A stretch of DNA of 64,000 nt from Rebecca billardiae RCC1528 (GCA_965240325.2 OZ251229.1:2604001-2668000), one strand, 5' to 3'. Shown: positions 1-11,350, counted from the stretch's first letter. The notes: generated by a model from the letters alone, not told the origin. A program made the numbers and translations.

Positions 1-1799
1 CCAGACCCAGCGCCCGACGCCTCGGGCTGGCCCGCACCGCCCGCAGCCGCGTGGGCAGCGGCCGTCTCGACCCCCCACAGCGCGTGCGCGGCCCAGTGCC
101 CCGCGCAGATCGCTTCCGCCACGTTTGTGTCAAGCCGAGCGCGCCGTGTGCCGTGTGCCTCTGGCGCGGCGCCCCCGTGGTTCCGGGGCGCGTTCGCCGC
201 ACGTGGGCGCGGCTGTGCGCCCGGGCCCGCGGCGCGGCTGCGCTGCATCACCTGCCGCGCAATCAGCCGCGCGGCTGCCTTCGCAGCGCCCTTGTCGCGC
301 TGCTCGCGCGCCGTGAGCAGCGCCGCGCGCCACGTCTCCGCAGACACGCACACGGCGTCGACAGTGCGCGGCGACGCGCGGTCAGAGCCGTCCTCGGCCT
401 CGCGCCGCGCGTCGCCGTCGGCGAGCGCGCGAAGCAGCGCGTCCCGCCAGCGCGCAGTGAGCTGCGCGTTGCCCTCGAGCACCGCGCGCTCGAGCACGCC
501 CCCCGTGCGCGCACACGCGCCGAGCATCGTGGCCAACTCCGCCTCGGCCGACGATGGCGTCGCGCCCGCTGCGCCCGTGCTGCCGCTCAGCGGCCCGTAT
601 TCAAGTAGCCGCCCGGAGCGCGCGTCGAAGAGGGCGAAGCCGCCGACGCGCGCGCCGACGTCCACGGCGAGGAGGAGGCTGTGCTGCGCGCGCAGCTCGA
701 AGCGCGCGGCGCGCTCGGCGCTCAGCAGCGCCCGGCCCGAGGGCTGCTGCTCAGCCGCGGTGCCACCTGACAGACGACTGGTGGCCGGCGTGCGCGCCCC
801 GGGGGGCGCTCCTGCCCTGTGCTTCAGGTAAGTTGCCAGCAGGGGGCTGGCGCAGGCGGGCGGCGTGGGCTGCGCAGGCACGGGCAGGTCGTCGGGCGCG
901 CACGCGCTGCGCAGGGCGAGGCGGTACTGCTCGGCCGTGAGCATGCGCACCGCAGTCGGCTCGCGCGTCCGCGTCGTCGCGTGCGGGCTGCCAGCGGGCT
1001 GCGGCGCGGCATCGGCGACGGCTCGCTCGCCTGCGCGCGCCGCGCCCGGCTCGGACGCAGCCGACACCTCCGCCGCCAGCAGTGCCCAGCGCGCGCGCTC
1101 GAGCTGCTGCCGCCGCCGGGTGAGCTTCAGCCGCTTCTTGCGCCCACACCCGCGGCGCAGCTGGTGCCCCAGCTCGAGCAGCTCTGACGAAATGCGGCGC
1201 TCTCGCGAGCCGAAACTGTCGCGCCCTCGCGAGCCGCTTGTCGGAGCGTCGTCGGTCGGTGCGGCCTCCGCCTCGGGCGTGGCGGCAGCCGCGGATGCCA
1301 CGCCATCGGCCGTGTGGCGCAGGGCGGCGATGAGCGCGCCCGGAGAGACCAGATGAAGGTGCCGACGAGCGAGGGCGCCTTTGGCACATCGCACGCCCAA
1401 TTCAGTGTCTGCGGTGGCCACTGTCACGACTGCGCGCACCTCGCACGTCAGCCAGCGCACAGCGTCGACGATGACGTCGTCCGCCTTGGCGCGGGGCCCT
1501 GAGAACGCAACCGCAAGCCCGTCTGGCCTCCACGCCGCGTCGGGCACGGTGCCGTGGTCGAAGAGGAGCAGGACGCGCCCGTCGAGCGCAGTCTCGTGTG
1601 CCCACGCCGCCGTCAGATCTGCCAGCTCCGCCGGTGACCATTGGAAGCTCGTCTTGCCGCGCACGTTGTCGCCGTCGATGATCATGACATCGGCTTGCCG
1701 CAGTGCGTCCGCCTCGGCGCGGAGCCGCCGCGACGGCGGGGCCGGACGGTAGGCGAGGGCTGCGGCGGCGACGAGGACGGCAGCTGCGGCGGCCGTCAT
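1..1799 (-). CDS. N-terminally targeted NYN/PIN (YacP/Rae1-like) + RuvC-like (RNase H fold) double-nuclease protein; 3' end outside the window
   Basis: Not in the ORF track because the frame stays open from ATG 1799 to the window edge. The hydrophobic leader is MTAAAAAVLVAAAALAYRP. NYN motifs: MIIDGDNVRG, LLLFDHG, FSGPRAKADDVIV, VATADTEL. RuvC-like motifs: LLAVDVGARVGGFALF, VLEG, VSAETWRAALL, KAAARLIARQ, DTNVAEAICAGHWA. Confidence 0.75.
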   Translation of the reverse strand, partial: MTAAAAAVLVAAAALAYRPAPPSRRLRAEADALRQADVMIIDGDNVRGKTSFQWSPAELADLTAAWAHETALDGRVLLLFDHGTVPDAAWRPDGLAVAFSGPRAKADDVIVDAVRWLTCEVRAVVTVATADTELGVRCAKGALARRHLHLVSPGALIAALRHTADGVASAAAATPEAEAAPTDDAPTSGSRGRDSFGSRERRISSELLELGHQLRRGCGRKKRLKLTRRRQQLERARWALLAAEVSAASEPGAARAGERAVADAAPQPAGSPHATTRTREPTAVRMLTAEQYRLALRSACAPDDLPVPAQPTPPACASPLLATYLKHRAGAPPGARTPATSRLSGGTAAEQQPSGRALLSAERAARFELRAQHSLLLAVDVGARVGGFALFDARSGRLLEYGPLSGSTGAAGATPSSAEAELATMLGACARTGGVLERAVLEGNAQLTARWRDALLRALADGDARREAEDGSDRASPRTVDAVCVSAETWRAALLTAREQRDKGAAKAAARLIARQVMQRSRAAGPGAQPRPRAANAPRNHGGAAPEAHGTRRARLDTNVAEAICAGHWAAHALWGVETAAAHAAAGGAGQPEASGAGS

Positions 1800-1915
1800 C
1801 GCGACGCGGCGAGGCCGGCGAAGGCCGCAGCCCGGAATTCAGAATACATAATGCCGGATTCTCGGCCCGGAAGCCCGGAACAGGTCGTCTGAACTCCGGG
1901 CGATCGACGTGCACG

Positions 1916-2773
1916 ATGCTGGCGCGCGGCGTGCGTGTGCTGGCAGCAAGCCAGCGGCTGAGCAGAGCTCCCATCGGGTTGCTGCCCCGCGCGCAGGCAT
2001 GCAGAGCGCTGTCGCAGGCAAAGTCGCCGCCCCCGCCGCCGCCGCCTCCCCAGTCACCGCCGCCGCCACCCTCTGACGACTCGGAACCGAAGCCGTCGGA
2101 TCCGAAGCCGGCGGCGGCGGCGGCGCCCACGCCACCAGCAGGCGGAGCCGAGAAGGCGCCCACGGGTGGCGGCGGCGGCGAGAAGCCGCATGAGCCGCCA
2201 CGATCAGCCCTCGCGATCTCCGACGAGGATGAGAGCGCCCCGCCGCCCATGGAGTGGGAGCCGGGCGTCGCCGGCACCGTTCAGAAGGGCCTGTCCGCGG
2301 TGATCATCGCGTTCGGCGCCGCGGCCTTCGGCGTGTGCGCGTTCGGCGCGTACTGGGCGCTCTTCCCGGGCGCGAGCAGCCCGGGCGCCATCCTCGACGA
2401 CGCGCTGGAGAAGGTCAAGGTGGACCCCGAGGTGGCCGACCGCATCGGCACGCCGATCCGCTCGTTCGGCGCCGACCTCGGCGGCGGCGAGGGGCGGCGC
2501 AACTTCGTCCAGTCGTGGGACGTGCAGGCGGAGGACGGCGCGTCGGCGGTGCAGGTGAAGTTCAACGTGCAGGGCCCGCAGGGCCGCGGCATCGTGCACG
2601 TGCAGGCGCCCGCCAGCCGCAGCCGGGGCCAGTTCAACTGGATCGTCTTTGAAGACCGGAGCGGCCGGAGCCGGCAGATGATTTATATTCTGGACGAGCG
2701 GGCCAAGCTGCCGAGCGGCGGCCCGGCACCGCCGCCGCCGGCGCTGGCGGGCGCGGGCGCGGGCGGGAAGTGA
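1916..2773 (+). CDS. TIM21: Mitochondrial inner-membrane translocase subunit Tim21
   Basis: Presequence-like MLARGVRVLAASQRLSR, one TM helix, then LFPGASSPGAILDDALEKVKVDPEVADRIGTPIRSFG..GRRN..VKFNVQGPQGRG, typical of the Tim21 intermembrane-space domain. Confidence 0.85.
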   Translation: MLARGVRVLAASQRLSRAPIGLLPRAQACRALSQAKSPPPPPPPPQSPPPPPSDDSEPKPSDPKPAAAAAPTPPAGGAEKAPTGGGGGEKPHEPPRSALAISDEDESAPPPMEWEPGVAGTVQKGLSAVIIAFGAAAFGVCAFGAYWALFPGASSPGAILDDALEKVKVDPEVADRIGTPIRSFGADLGGGEGRRNFVQSWDVQAEDGASAVQVKFNVQGPQGRGIVHVQAPASRSRGQFNWIVFEDRSGRSRQMIYILDERAKLPSGGPAPPPPALAGAGAGGK

Positions 2774-3281
2774 TGCCGCGCGTCGGGAGCCGGCGCTGCC
2801 CGCTGAGAGGCCGCGCACACCGCGACCCTTCGCTCGCGAGCGCCGACTCACACGTCGCAGCATGCGAACAAGCCGAGCCGGCGCTCGGGCGGACGGCGTG
2901 CCCGCGGCACAGTCAAACGCAGTGGATGTACACTTGGAGCCAGGCGCCTACGGTGGCCGCAGCGAGACGCTCCGTCCATGCCGAGCCTGGCCGGCGTGCC
3001 CGTGGCGCCACCCTGCCAGCCTCCGCGAGGGACCGACCGCCGGTCCGGCGCGTGAGGCCCGTGAGGGCGACCACCGCCGCGTCTGCCTCGATCCGGCCTA
3101 CAGTAAGATTCTGAATAAATCACGAGCAGATTATTACTATAATCACCGGCCGAGGAGCAGAGGGAATGCGACCGCTGCGGAGGCTCCGGCTTCGATTGAG
3201 ACGGTTGACCCCATCCCCCGCCCCCAGTCCCGTGCCTGAGTCCGTCAAACTCACGGTCCGCGCCGGTCCGTCATACCGCCG

Positions 3282-3284
<3 letters not shown>

Positions 3285-3378
<94 letters not shown>
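3285..3378. repeat. (TA)n microsatellite
   Basis: About 47 perfect TA units. Confidence 0.99.
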
Positions 3379-3379
<1 letters not shown>

Positions 3380-5219
3380 CTCATCAATAAATAATAATTC
3401 TGGTCTCGCTCCAAGTCAGGAGCGTATAACATCTTGACGACGTATTATATACGGAAATCGACGGCGCGGGATCGCCCACCTGCTGCCTGCTGGCTGCTCC
3501 GAGACCGAGTCCGACTCTGAGACAGGATGAGGAGGGCGAGGCCGGGCCCTGAATCCTGATGAGGCCGGCGCGGCCGTGACGGCCCGCGGCATTATCTTTA
3601 TATATACTATTAGCGCGGCGGCCGGATATTTAATAATTTATAATAACAGTCGGGCTGCAGGCTGGCCCGGGGCCCGCCAGGCGTCCGGGCACCGCGGCTT
3701 GACGGCCGCTGGCCAGCCGCTCAGTGCTCAGAGTCGGGGCCGAGTCCCGCGAGGCGGTTAGTCCGGGTCAGGGTGGCGAGCCCCGACGCGACGATCGACA
3801 GTTGCCCAAATCCGCGACCACGGACCAGGCGCCACGCGCCGCGGCCTTTGCGGGCTTTGGCTTTGACATCGGCTGTGACGACAGTCTCAGTGACATTTTA
3901 ACTGCGCGCCTCTGCTGACTGCGTCGTACTCGTATATGGCAGACACGGTAGACACGGTCACTAGTGGCACTACACACCCGCGTGGGCTGTCCGAGTACTC
4001 GGACAACAGATATCAGTAGTGATGCCAATTCTGAGCAGCAGACTAGCTACGACTGAGTCTGCTACGAGTATATATACGACGATTCGGATGACCGTCGAGT
4101 GTAAATTTGAGCTATAGCTTACCGCTGACGACTGAGTAGCTACATTCTGACTGATGAAACAATAAATATATTCTGATGGCTTATTTATGTTAACAGTTCA
4201 CTGCTATACGAATATATATGAGACGCACACAGCTTATCATAGGCAGGCGAGATTGACGCCCGCCAACTGTCACCGCCCATGAAGCCGTCGCCGATGGTCA
4301 TACTCACGTAGTTCGCAACATCACGGACTACCCGGGGACCGGAATGAATATTACGCGCCGTAGTGCAGGCTTATCGCTTATTAGTGAAGGCTCCCTAAGT
4401 TATGTAGCCTAAGTAGCAAGCTGGATCTCATATTGACTGAATATCATCGCCTGGCGGCACGGCCGATCTGAGCAACTCAGGCGGCTTCTCACAGTTTCAT
4501 TACGAGATCACTGCTCACGGGCTGCCGGCGCCTGGCCGCGCCTGGAATAACGCCGAACGGCAGCACTTGCCTTTCAACGGTGAACGCGTCAAGCAAGCTC
4601 GCACCTTGAACCCAGCACGTGCGCAGGCTAGCCGGACGAATACTTGTAAAACAACATAAAGCCGTGCATTAATCCATTATTCCACGGTAGACGGTCACAG
4701 TGACTCTGAGTCTCGGCGGTCCGATGGCCAGTCAGACACAGTTCGTGCCGCCGTGGCTCGAGACGTCAGGCTCGAGACGGCGTCCTGGGCCGGCAGCCTC
4801 TCTAGGCAGGTGCTCATGGCAAATGAGCGCACCTAGATACAGTAGCTGTCTGTGCGCGCAGCAGGCCAGTGCACTCGCGTGCCACGCGGTGCCATTTCGC
4901 CGATTCCGGCTTGCGACGCGGCCGACAAGGAGCGACAAGGAGCGGGGAGAGCGGGCCGCCAAGCTGGACCAAGGTCCTCGGCACACGCGCGCATGGCCTG
5001 CGAGACCACCTGGGCCACGAAGAGCGCACTACTAGTGCGCCAATCCCGGGATCAAGGGCCCGCGATGTCTCCGACGCCGCCGCCACGCTGAGGGCGGCCT
5101 GGGCGGGGCAGGTTGGGCGTGAGGCGGAGTGAGGGAGTCCGGCCCCACGCGTTCACCGTTCCGGGAGGTCACCGGACGCAACCGCAAGGTTTCTGCTCGG
5201 GCACGTTCCTCGCGGCACG

Positions 5220-5631
5220 ATGGCGAAGAGCACGGTGAGCACGCGCGTGTTTCCGAGCCCACGCAGCGCGGGCAGGTGCCCGCCCGCAGGTGCCGTGGCG
5301 CGGCAACGCGGTCTGACGCGAACGCGCGCCTTGCCTCCTGGTGCCGCGCAGAACCACACCGCGCACAACCAGTCGTACAAGAACCACAGGAACGGCATCA
5401 AGAAGGCGCGGGTGGGCTTCTCGGTGAAGGGCTCGAAGCCCTCGCTCAAGGGCGTACGCGCTCCGCGCGGGGCGCGCGTGCCATCGCGCCCGAGCCCACC
5501 CGCACGCCCTGCCCAGCTCTCACACGCGCGCGCCGCGCTCGCGCGCATGTGCGCAGATGGACCCTAAGTTCCTGCGCAACCAGCGGTTCGCAAAGAAGTG
5601 GAACGGCAAGGGCCGCGGCGGCGACGAGTAG
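5220..5631 (+). CDS. RPL29: 60S ribosomal protein L29 (eL29); exons 5220-5234, 5352-5453, 5557-5631
   Basis: Spliced product MAKST-NHTAHNQSYKNHRNGIKK...SLKG-MDPKFLRNQRFAKK...*. Both introns are GT-AG and phase 0. Confidence 0.97.
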
Positions 5632-7241
5632 GCGTGGTTCGATGCGCAGTGGGGGCTGTCCGGCGAGCGCGGAAGCTTGCTGGGCAGCCGTGCTCGCGGT
5701 CCATGGGTGAGGATCGCCCTCTCGCAAGGCGGAGTCAGGGGTCCTGGCACAGGCAGGGGCATCGACATGGCACGTGCACACTCGTTTGCGCAGAGCTCGG
5801 CTGCTGCCCGGCGGGCGTGCGAGCTCTCACGCGTGGCACGGTGACATTGTGTCCCCCGGCAGCACGCGCTGCTTGCCAGTGGGCTCACTCGCGTGAGCAA
5901 GCTCCTGGCGGCCCAAGTGGACCATCCGGCGTGATGGGTAACTGGTATCACCGGGATTGACCGTTGCTGCCGCCAATCAGTCTCGATCCGTAATCGGGCT
6001 CAACTGTTCTCCGAGTCTAAGCTCTTGTCTGTACGACTCAGGGTCAGGGAGTGAGTACTCGCGCGATGATGGCGGCGATATTGATGCTGACAAGTTAATT
6101 CGGCCTGACGCGATTCAGAATCAGATTAATGCGGCGCTGATAGTGACACATATTATTACAATTATAATTTAAATATTTTATCCGTGCTGCCAGTCGACGG
6201 TCCGCATTATTAATATAGTAAATCATTCCGTCTGCCGTCATTTCAGTGCCTCTGTCTTTAAATCATCATAGAATTAGTCTGACAATTCCGAGTCTCAGCT
6301 TCGGAGACGGCGGGCCAGCTCAGAAGGCGAAGGCCGAAGCGGCCCGTCTGTCAGCGGCCCGTAATTAATTAATGCCGCGGCCTGCTCATGAATGAGCAGC
6401 CTGCTGTGTCACTGCGGAGTAGAGAGTGCCTGTGACCAGCCGACTTTCATTCATTCACTTAGTTGGCGGCACCGTCGCAGGCGGCGTCATTTTATTATTT
6501 ATATTAATAATATATATATAATTGACGGCCTTATGCCGCGGCCGCGCCGCCGCGGTGGCGACTGAGGAGGAGTGAGGGCGCGAGGCCGGGCACCGGGCTG
6601 ACAGCGCAGTCGGCAGTGCCATCGTCAGCGCGCAACTAATTATTAAAAAACTTATCCGAGCGTCGTCCCGCGACCAGGTCTCTACGCGACCACTGGCGTT
6701 AATGACCAGACACTGAAGACAGACCGCCCGCGGACCGCCGTCGCCGTCGGAGCCGGGCCCGGACCGCGAGTGGCCCGGAGGCCCCCGACGCGGGAGTATA
6801 ACTGAGTACCCTGGCACGGTACTGAGTCACTCGGTAGTGATCGGTACGCGCTATAAACGCGGTCGCGGGTCGGCGGTACGGCGCGTCAGACACTAGTCTT
6901 AGCCCGGCGCCAGAGTGACTATGGAGTGAGAGAGTTAAGACTGAGACAGTAGTCGGTCCTCGGGTCGGCGCGGTGCGGGAGTGTCTGGCTGTAGCTTGAG
7001 CCTGCTCACGTAAATTAGTGCATAGCTTGTCACTCATTATTATAAGCTCGGTGAGTGGCATCAGGCAGCCCGCGTCCCGCCGCGTCCCGCCATCCCGGGG
7101 CCGGTCCGACCGGGCACCACGCCGTCGCCCGTCGGCCGAGTCGCGCAGCGTAGCCGTGTGTTATGCGCCGCGCGCCGCGGCTCATCACGTGACCCGGCGT
7201 AGTCACTCCGTCACCGCACGTGAACGCACCGCAGTCACTAG

Positions 7242-7787
7242 CTAGAAGTCATCGTCGTCACTGGATCGCTGTCGGCGATCTCCGGTGCTGCCGGCTGGGG
7301 CATCTCCCCGCCGTTCCAATTCGCCGGGGTGCAGGTCGTCGTCCTGTGCTTCCGCGTCGAGTGCGGCGAGACGTCCGCGCAGGTGGATCTCGGCCGCCTC
7401 AGCGAGTCGATTGTGCCGATCGACGTCCGCTTGCGTCGTGCGCGCGCGCTTGGCGCGCAGCAGTGCCTGCGCATCACGCTCTACCTCCGGCTCCACCTTT
7501 GTGCCCAGCAGCATCGGCACGGCGTGGAGCGGGCGCTTGTCACCGGGGCGCCGGGGAGCGGGCTGCGGGGCGCGTAGTCGCATCTGGCTCCTCGTCTGCA
7601 TCACGTCCGCATGCATGCGGTGCACCAATGATGCGTACGATCGGTGTGTCGACTCTGCGCCGAGCACGATGCGCCGCAGCACCTCGCGTGGTTCCGAGAT
7701 TGCGGCGTCCTCCTGCATCAGCGCGAAGAGAACCTCCGCACGCGAGCGGCAGGAGCCAAGCGTCGCTGTGAGCTCGGCGTCCGTCAT
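7242..7787 (-). CDS. Mediator subunit 8-like protein
   Basis: 181-aa ORF with VPMLLGTKVEPEVE, resembling the Med8 signature (VPDYLRTKPDPEVE / LPVMLSSKLLPEME), followed by a helix containing HN. Confidence 0.5.
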   Translation of the reverse strand: MTDAELTATLGSCRSRAEVLFALMQEDAAISEPREVLRRIVLGAESTHRSYASLVHRMHADVMQTRSQMRLRAPQPAPRRPGDKRPLHAVPMLLGTKVEPEVERDAQALLRAKRARTTQADVDRHNRLAEAAEIHLRGRLAALDAEAQDDDLHPGELERRGDAPAGSTGDRRQRSSDDDDF

Positions 7788-7951
7788 CGCGCCAAGTCCA
7801 ACACGCCGTGTGCCGCGCGGGGCGTGCCCGAAAGCTGGCCTTCGGGCAGGTCGTCGCCGGCTCGCGCTGCGCAGGTGAGATGAGCGGCGTCGCTCGCGGC
7901 AGAGCCGTGCACGGTTGCCGGTGGGTCGCCAAAGACGCCTGCCGATCCAGC

Positions 7952-8872
7952 ATGGCGCCTCTGGCCGCATTCACGTGGGCCGTCCTCGTGGGCGTGCAGC
8001 TGGTGTGCACGGATGCGCTTGCTCCGCCGCCGCCCTTGCGGGGGCCGAGCGCCGTCCCGCGCCTGCGCGGTGGCGCGCGCGAGCTCGCTCGCTCGCCGCG
8101 CTCGTACGCGCCCACCCGTGTCACATACGAGGTGCCGGTGCACGAGGCACCGCTCGAGGTGCGCGACGCGTTCGTCGAGCGCGTGTACCGCACCCTCTCG
8201 CTGCAGCTGGGGGCGACGATGCTGCTGTGCTGGTACCTGATCACGTACCACCCGGGCCTCCTCGTGAACATCATGCGCGATCGCACCAAATCCCTCCTCG
8301 CGCTCTTCTCGCCGATGGTGGCCGCGATGATTGTCACGAACGCGCCCACGGCGCGGAAGACGTGGCCGACGGACCACCTTCTGCTCGCGCTGTTCACCGC
8401 GTGCGAGGGGCTCGTGCTCAGCCTGGTCACGCTCTTCGTCCCGCGCGAGATCATCTGGCGCGCCGGGCTCACCACGGCGGCGGTCGTCGGCTGGCTCTCG
8501 CTGTACGCGCGGACGACGCGGCGCGACTTCACGCGCCGAGGCTCGATGCTGCTAAACGGGCTGCTCGCGCTCACCGTGCTGCAGCTGCTGCAGCTGGTGT
8601 TCTTCCGCGGCTCGCCGATGTCGCACTCGCTCTTCTCGGCCGTGGGCGCGCTGGCCTTCGCCGGCATGCTCGTGGTGAACACGCAGCAGATCGTCGGCGG
8701 CAAGTCGACGCACGCGCAGATCGCGCCGGACGAGCACGTGCTGGCGAGCATCCTGCTGTACACCGACATCGTGGCGCTGTTCATGCACCTCGTGTCGATC
8801 ATGTCGGATGGCGGGGGCGGCGGGCGGCAGCGCGAGCGGGGCGGGGCGGGGATGCTGGACGAGCTCCTCTGA
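7952..8872 (+). CDS. Bax inhibitor-1 / Lifeguard (TMBIM) family membrane protein with signal peptide
   Basis: VRDAFVERVYRTLSLQL, several TM helices, LLALFTACEG, RDFT, NTQQIVGG, PDEHVLASILLYTDIVALF. Confidence 0.92.
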   Translation: MAPLAAFTWAVLVGVQLVCTDALAPPPPLRGPSAVPRLRGGARELARSPRSYAPTRVTYEVPVHEAPLEVRDAFVERVYRTLSLQLGATMLLCWYLITYHPGLLVNIMRDRTKSLLALFSPMVAAMIVTNAPTARKTWPTDHLLLALFTACEGLVLSLVTLFVPREIIWRAGLTTAAVVGWLSLYARTTRRDFTRRGSMLLNGLLALTVLQLLQLVFFRGSPMSHSLFSAVGALAFAGMLVVNTQQIVGGKSTHAQIAPDEHVLASILLYTDIVALFMHLVSIMSDGGGGGRQRERGGAGMLDELL

Positions 8873-9435
8873 CGAGAGTGGGTGCCGTCGTGCGTGACTG
8901 TACGGCCGCTGCGGCCGGGGACGGCGAGGTCGCGGTATTGCTGTTGTCGTATTTCCGCCCTGACCTAGGCGCAAGAGAGGAGTCCGGATCATCGGGCAAT
9001 CCGGAGCGCGCGAATTTCTGAAAGCAAACCGGCGAGTAATGATTAATGAACCGTACGTACCCCCATACCCGTCCGGGGAAACAAACCGGAAAATCGGCGG
9101 CGAACAGCAGCTATGTGATCCGACCGTTGGCCCACCCTCTCTAGTTTCTTTGTCCCGGGTACCCCTCCTCGCCTGTAATAGCACACCGCCGCAAGGGAAG
9201 CACCGTGGGAGGAGGGGTACCGGAGATACAGCAACGAATATCCGAACCGCCACATGACGACTCAGAAGCTTGGAGAACAGCGAAGCTGATTGGGCCTCGG
9301 CGCAGGTCCATTTTTCCGTATTCGGTGCGTGGGCCTTTCAGTGATGACGAAACGAATGTGCCGCGCTCGCACGGGTTCGTCACATATCAAAACCTACGGA
9401 GCTCCGCAGGCCGTCGACGGCTGGCGGCTGAATTG

Positions 9436-11350
9436 ATGGCAAGCTCGCCGGAGCGAGCGAACGTGCCGGGCGACGCCGAGTTGCCCAGGGAGCACGCGAC
9501 GGTGCTGGACGCACCAGACGACACACCCGCGCAGCAGCCTCAGCCCGCACCCGAGGGCGAGGCCGCCGGCATGGGTTCGCGCGACGCGGCAGACGGCGAT
9601 GTGCCGCTGCCGCACGGCGGCGACGCGCACGCAGCGCGCGCAGGAGTGGGGGGTGGCGCGGCCGAGGCCGGTGGCGCGGCGGAGGGCGCCGCAAAGTTGG
9701 AGCCAGCCTCCGCCACCGCACCGGCCGGCCCAACGGACGCGGGAGCCGCGGCTGCTGTCGCGGCGGCCGCGGCGGAGGCGGCGGCGAGCGGCGGCGAGCA
9801 GCCAGCGGCCGCGCTGCAGATGCCGCTGCTGGGCGGCCTCGTGCCGAGCACATCACTGAACATGATGCCTTCGAACCCGATGCTGTTCCAGCAGATGAAC
9901 CCGATCCCGATCCCCGCGCTCGCGCCATCGGCGGGTGGCGCCGCCGCGCCGGCGGCCGACGGCGCGGCGCCGACGGCGCCGCCCGTCGACCCCGCGGCGG
10001 TACCACCGCCGCCCGCGGCGACAGCGGGCGCCGATCCGGGGGCGGTGGGCGGCCTCGTGGTGGCGCCGGCCGCGGATGGGCTCGTGGCCGCCCCGGACCA
10101 CGCCGCGCGCGCGGACGTGGAGATGGCGCCCGCGGCGCCGGCGGCGGACGCCTTGGGCGACGCGGCCGCGGCGTCGGGCGGCGCGGCGCCGCCGGACGCG
10201 GCGCCGACGGGCGGCGCGGAGGGCATGCCCATGCTCGCGCAGAACGACCAGAGCTTCGTGTGCAACATCTGCCGCAAAAGCTTCAAGCGCGAGATGAACC
10301 TCATCTTCCACATGACCACGCACCGGCAGCGGCAGACCGTCGAGGGCGTCGGCGAGGTGCCCAACTCGAACGCGCCCGTCAAGTGCTCCGACTGCCCAAA
10401 GGTGTTTGCCACCAAGTACCAGGCGAAGAAGCACTTCTTGCGGCGCCACTTCAAGGGCGAGCGGCCGTACAAGTGCAAGAAGTGCAACAAGAAGTCGTTC
10501 ACCGTCAAGGAGGACCTCACGATGCACATGAAGGCGTGCGGCCAGGTCTTCACCTGCTCGTGCGGCATCCGGCTCTGCTCGCTCGGCGCGCTCAAGCGGC
10601 ACGCAAAGTACTTCAAGCACGAGCCGACGACCTGGGAGGGCACGCCGGTGGTGGGCAACGAGTTCGGGCTGCGCGGGCCGGGCGACGACGGGCTCTCGGG
10701 CGTGCTCATGCACGACGGGGGCAAGGGCGGCGACGACGACGACTCGGACGACGACGGCGCGATCGGCCACGCCGGCGTCGGCAGCCGCGGCGGCATGATG
10801 CCAAGCGTCGACGTCGCGGACGGCGCGGCCGCGCAGGCGCTGCTGATGGCGGACCAGTCGCGCGCCGCGCAGTTCGACCACGGCAACGGCGCGATGCCCT
10901 CGGGCATGCCGCAGCTCTGGGTGCCGCAGGGCGCGCAGCAGACGCCCGACGCGATGCTCCGCCAAATGCAGGTGGCGCAACACCACGCCGCTCTGCTCAG
11001 CCAGCAGCAGGTGCGCGCGCCGCGCCGCGCCCCGCGCCGCGGCCGCGGCCGCCGCCGAGCGCGCCGCCGCCGCCGCGCGCGCGCGTGAGGCGGCTCGCGC
11101 GCCGCCGTGCGCGCTCGGGCTCACCGCCGCGCCGCGCCGCCGCACGCCGCGCCGCCTCCGCCCCGCCGCGCCCGCGCAGCAACTGCAATCCGCTCTCCTC
11201 GCGCATCCGCAGCTGCAGATGGCGCACTACAACCCGGCCGCGCTGCAGGTCTGCGCCAGCCACATGCTGCTGGGCGCGTCGGCACCGCAGGGGCCCAATG
11301 ACTCGGCCGCCGCCGCCGGAGCCGGCGGGGCCGGGGGGCAGCAGCACTGA
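9436..11350 (+). CDS. C2H2 zinc-finger transcription factor, STOP1/WIP/ASCIZ-like; intron 11011-11179
   Basis: Four fingers: CNICRKSFKREMNLIFHMTTH, CSDC..HFLRRH, CKKCNKKSFTVKEDLTMHMKAC, CSCG..ALKRH. The Gln-rich tail is restored by a GTGCGC..CGCAG intron. Confidence 0.88.

Noticed and set aside
3166-3390. ORF with an IYIYIY run (also 50937-51260)
   Set aside because: It is a translation of the (TA)n microsatellite.
9540-11145. Long antisense and alternate-frame ORFs here and across most genes (e.g. 7540-8802, 36970-38817, 41642-43333, 59688-61322)
   Set aside because: These are shadows of GC-rich coding sequence: Arg/Ala/Ser-rich, with no motifs.
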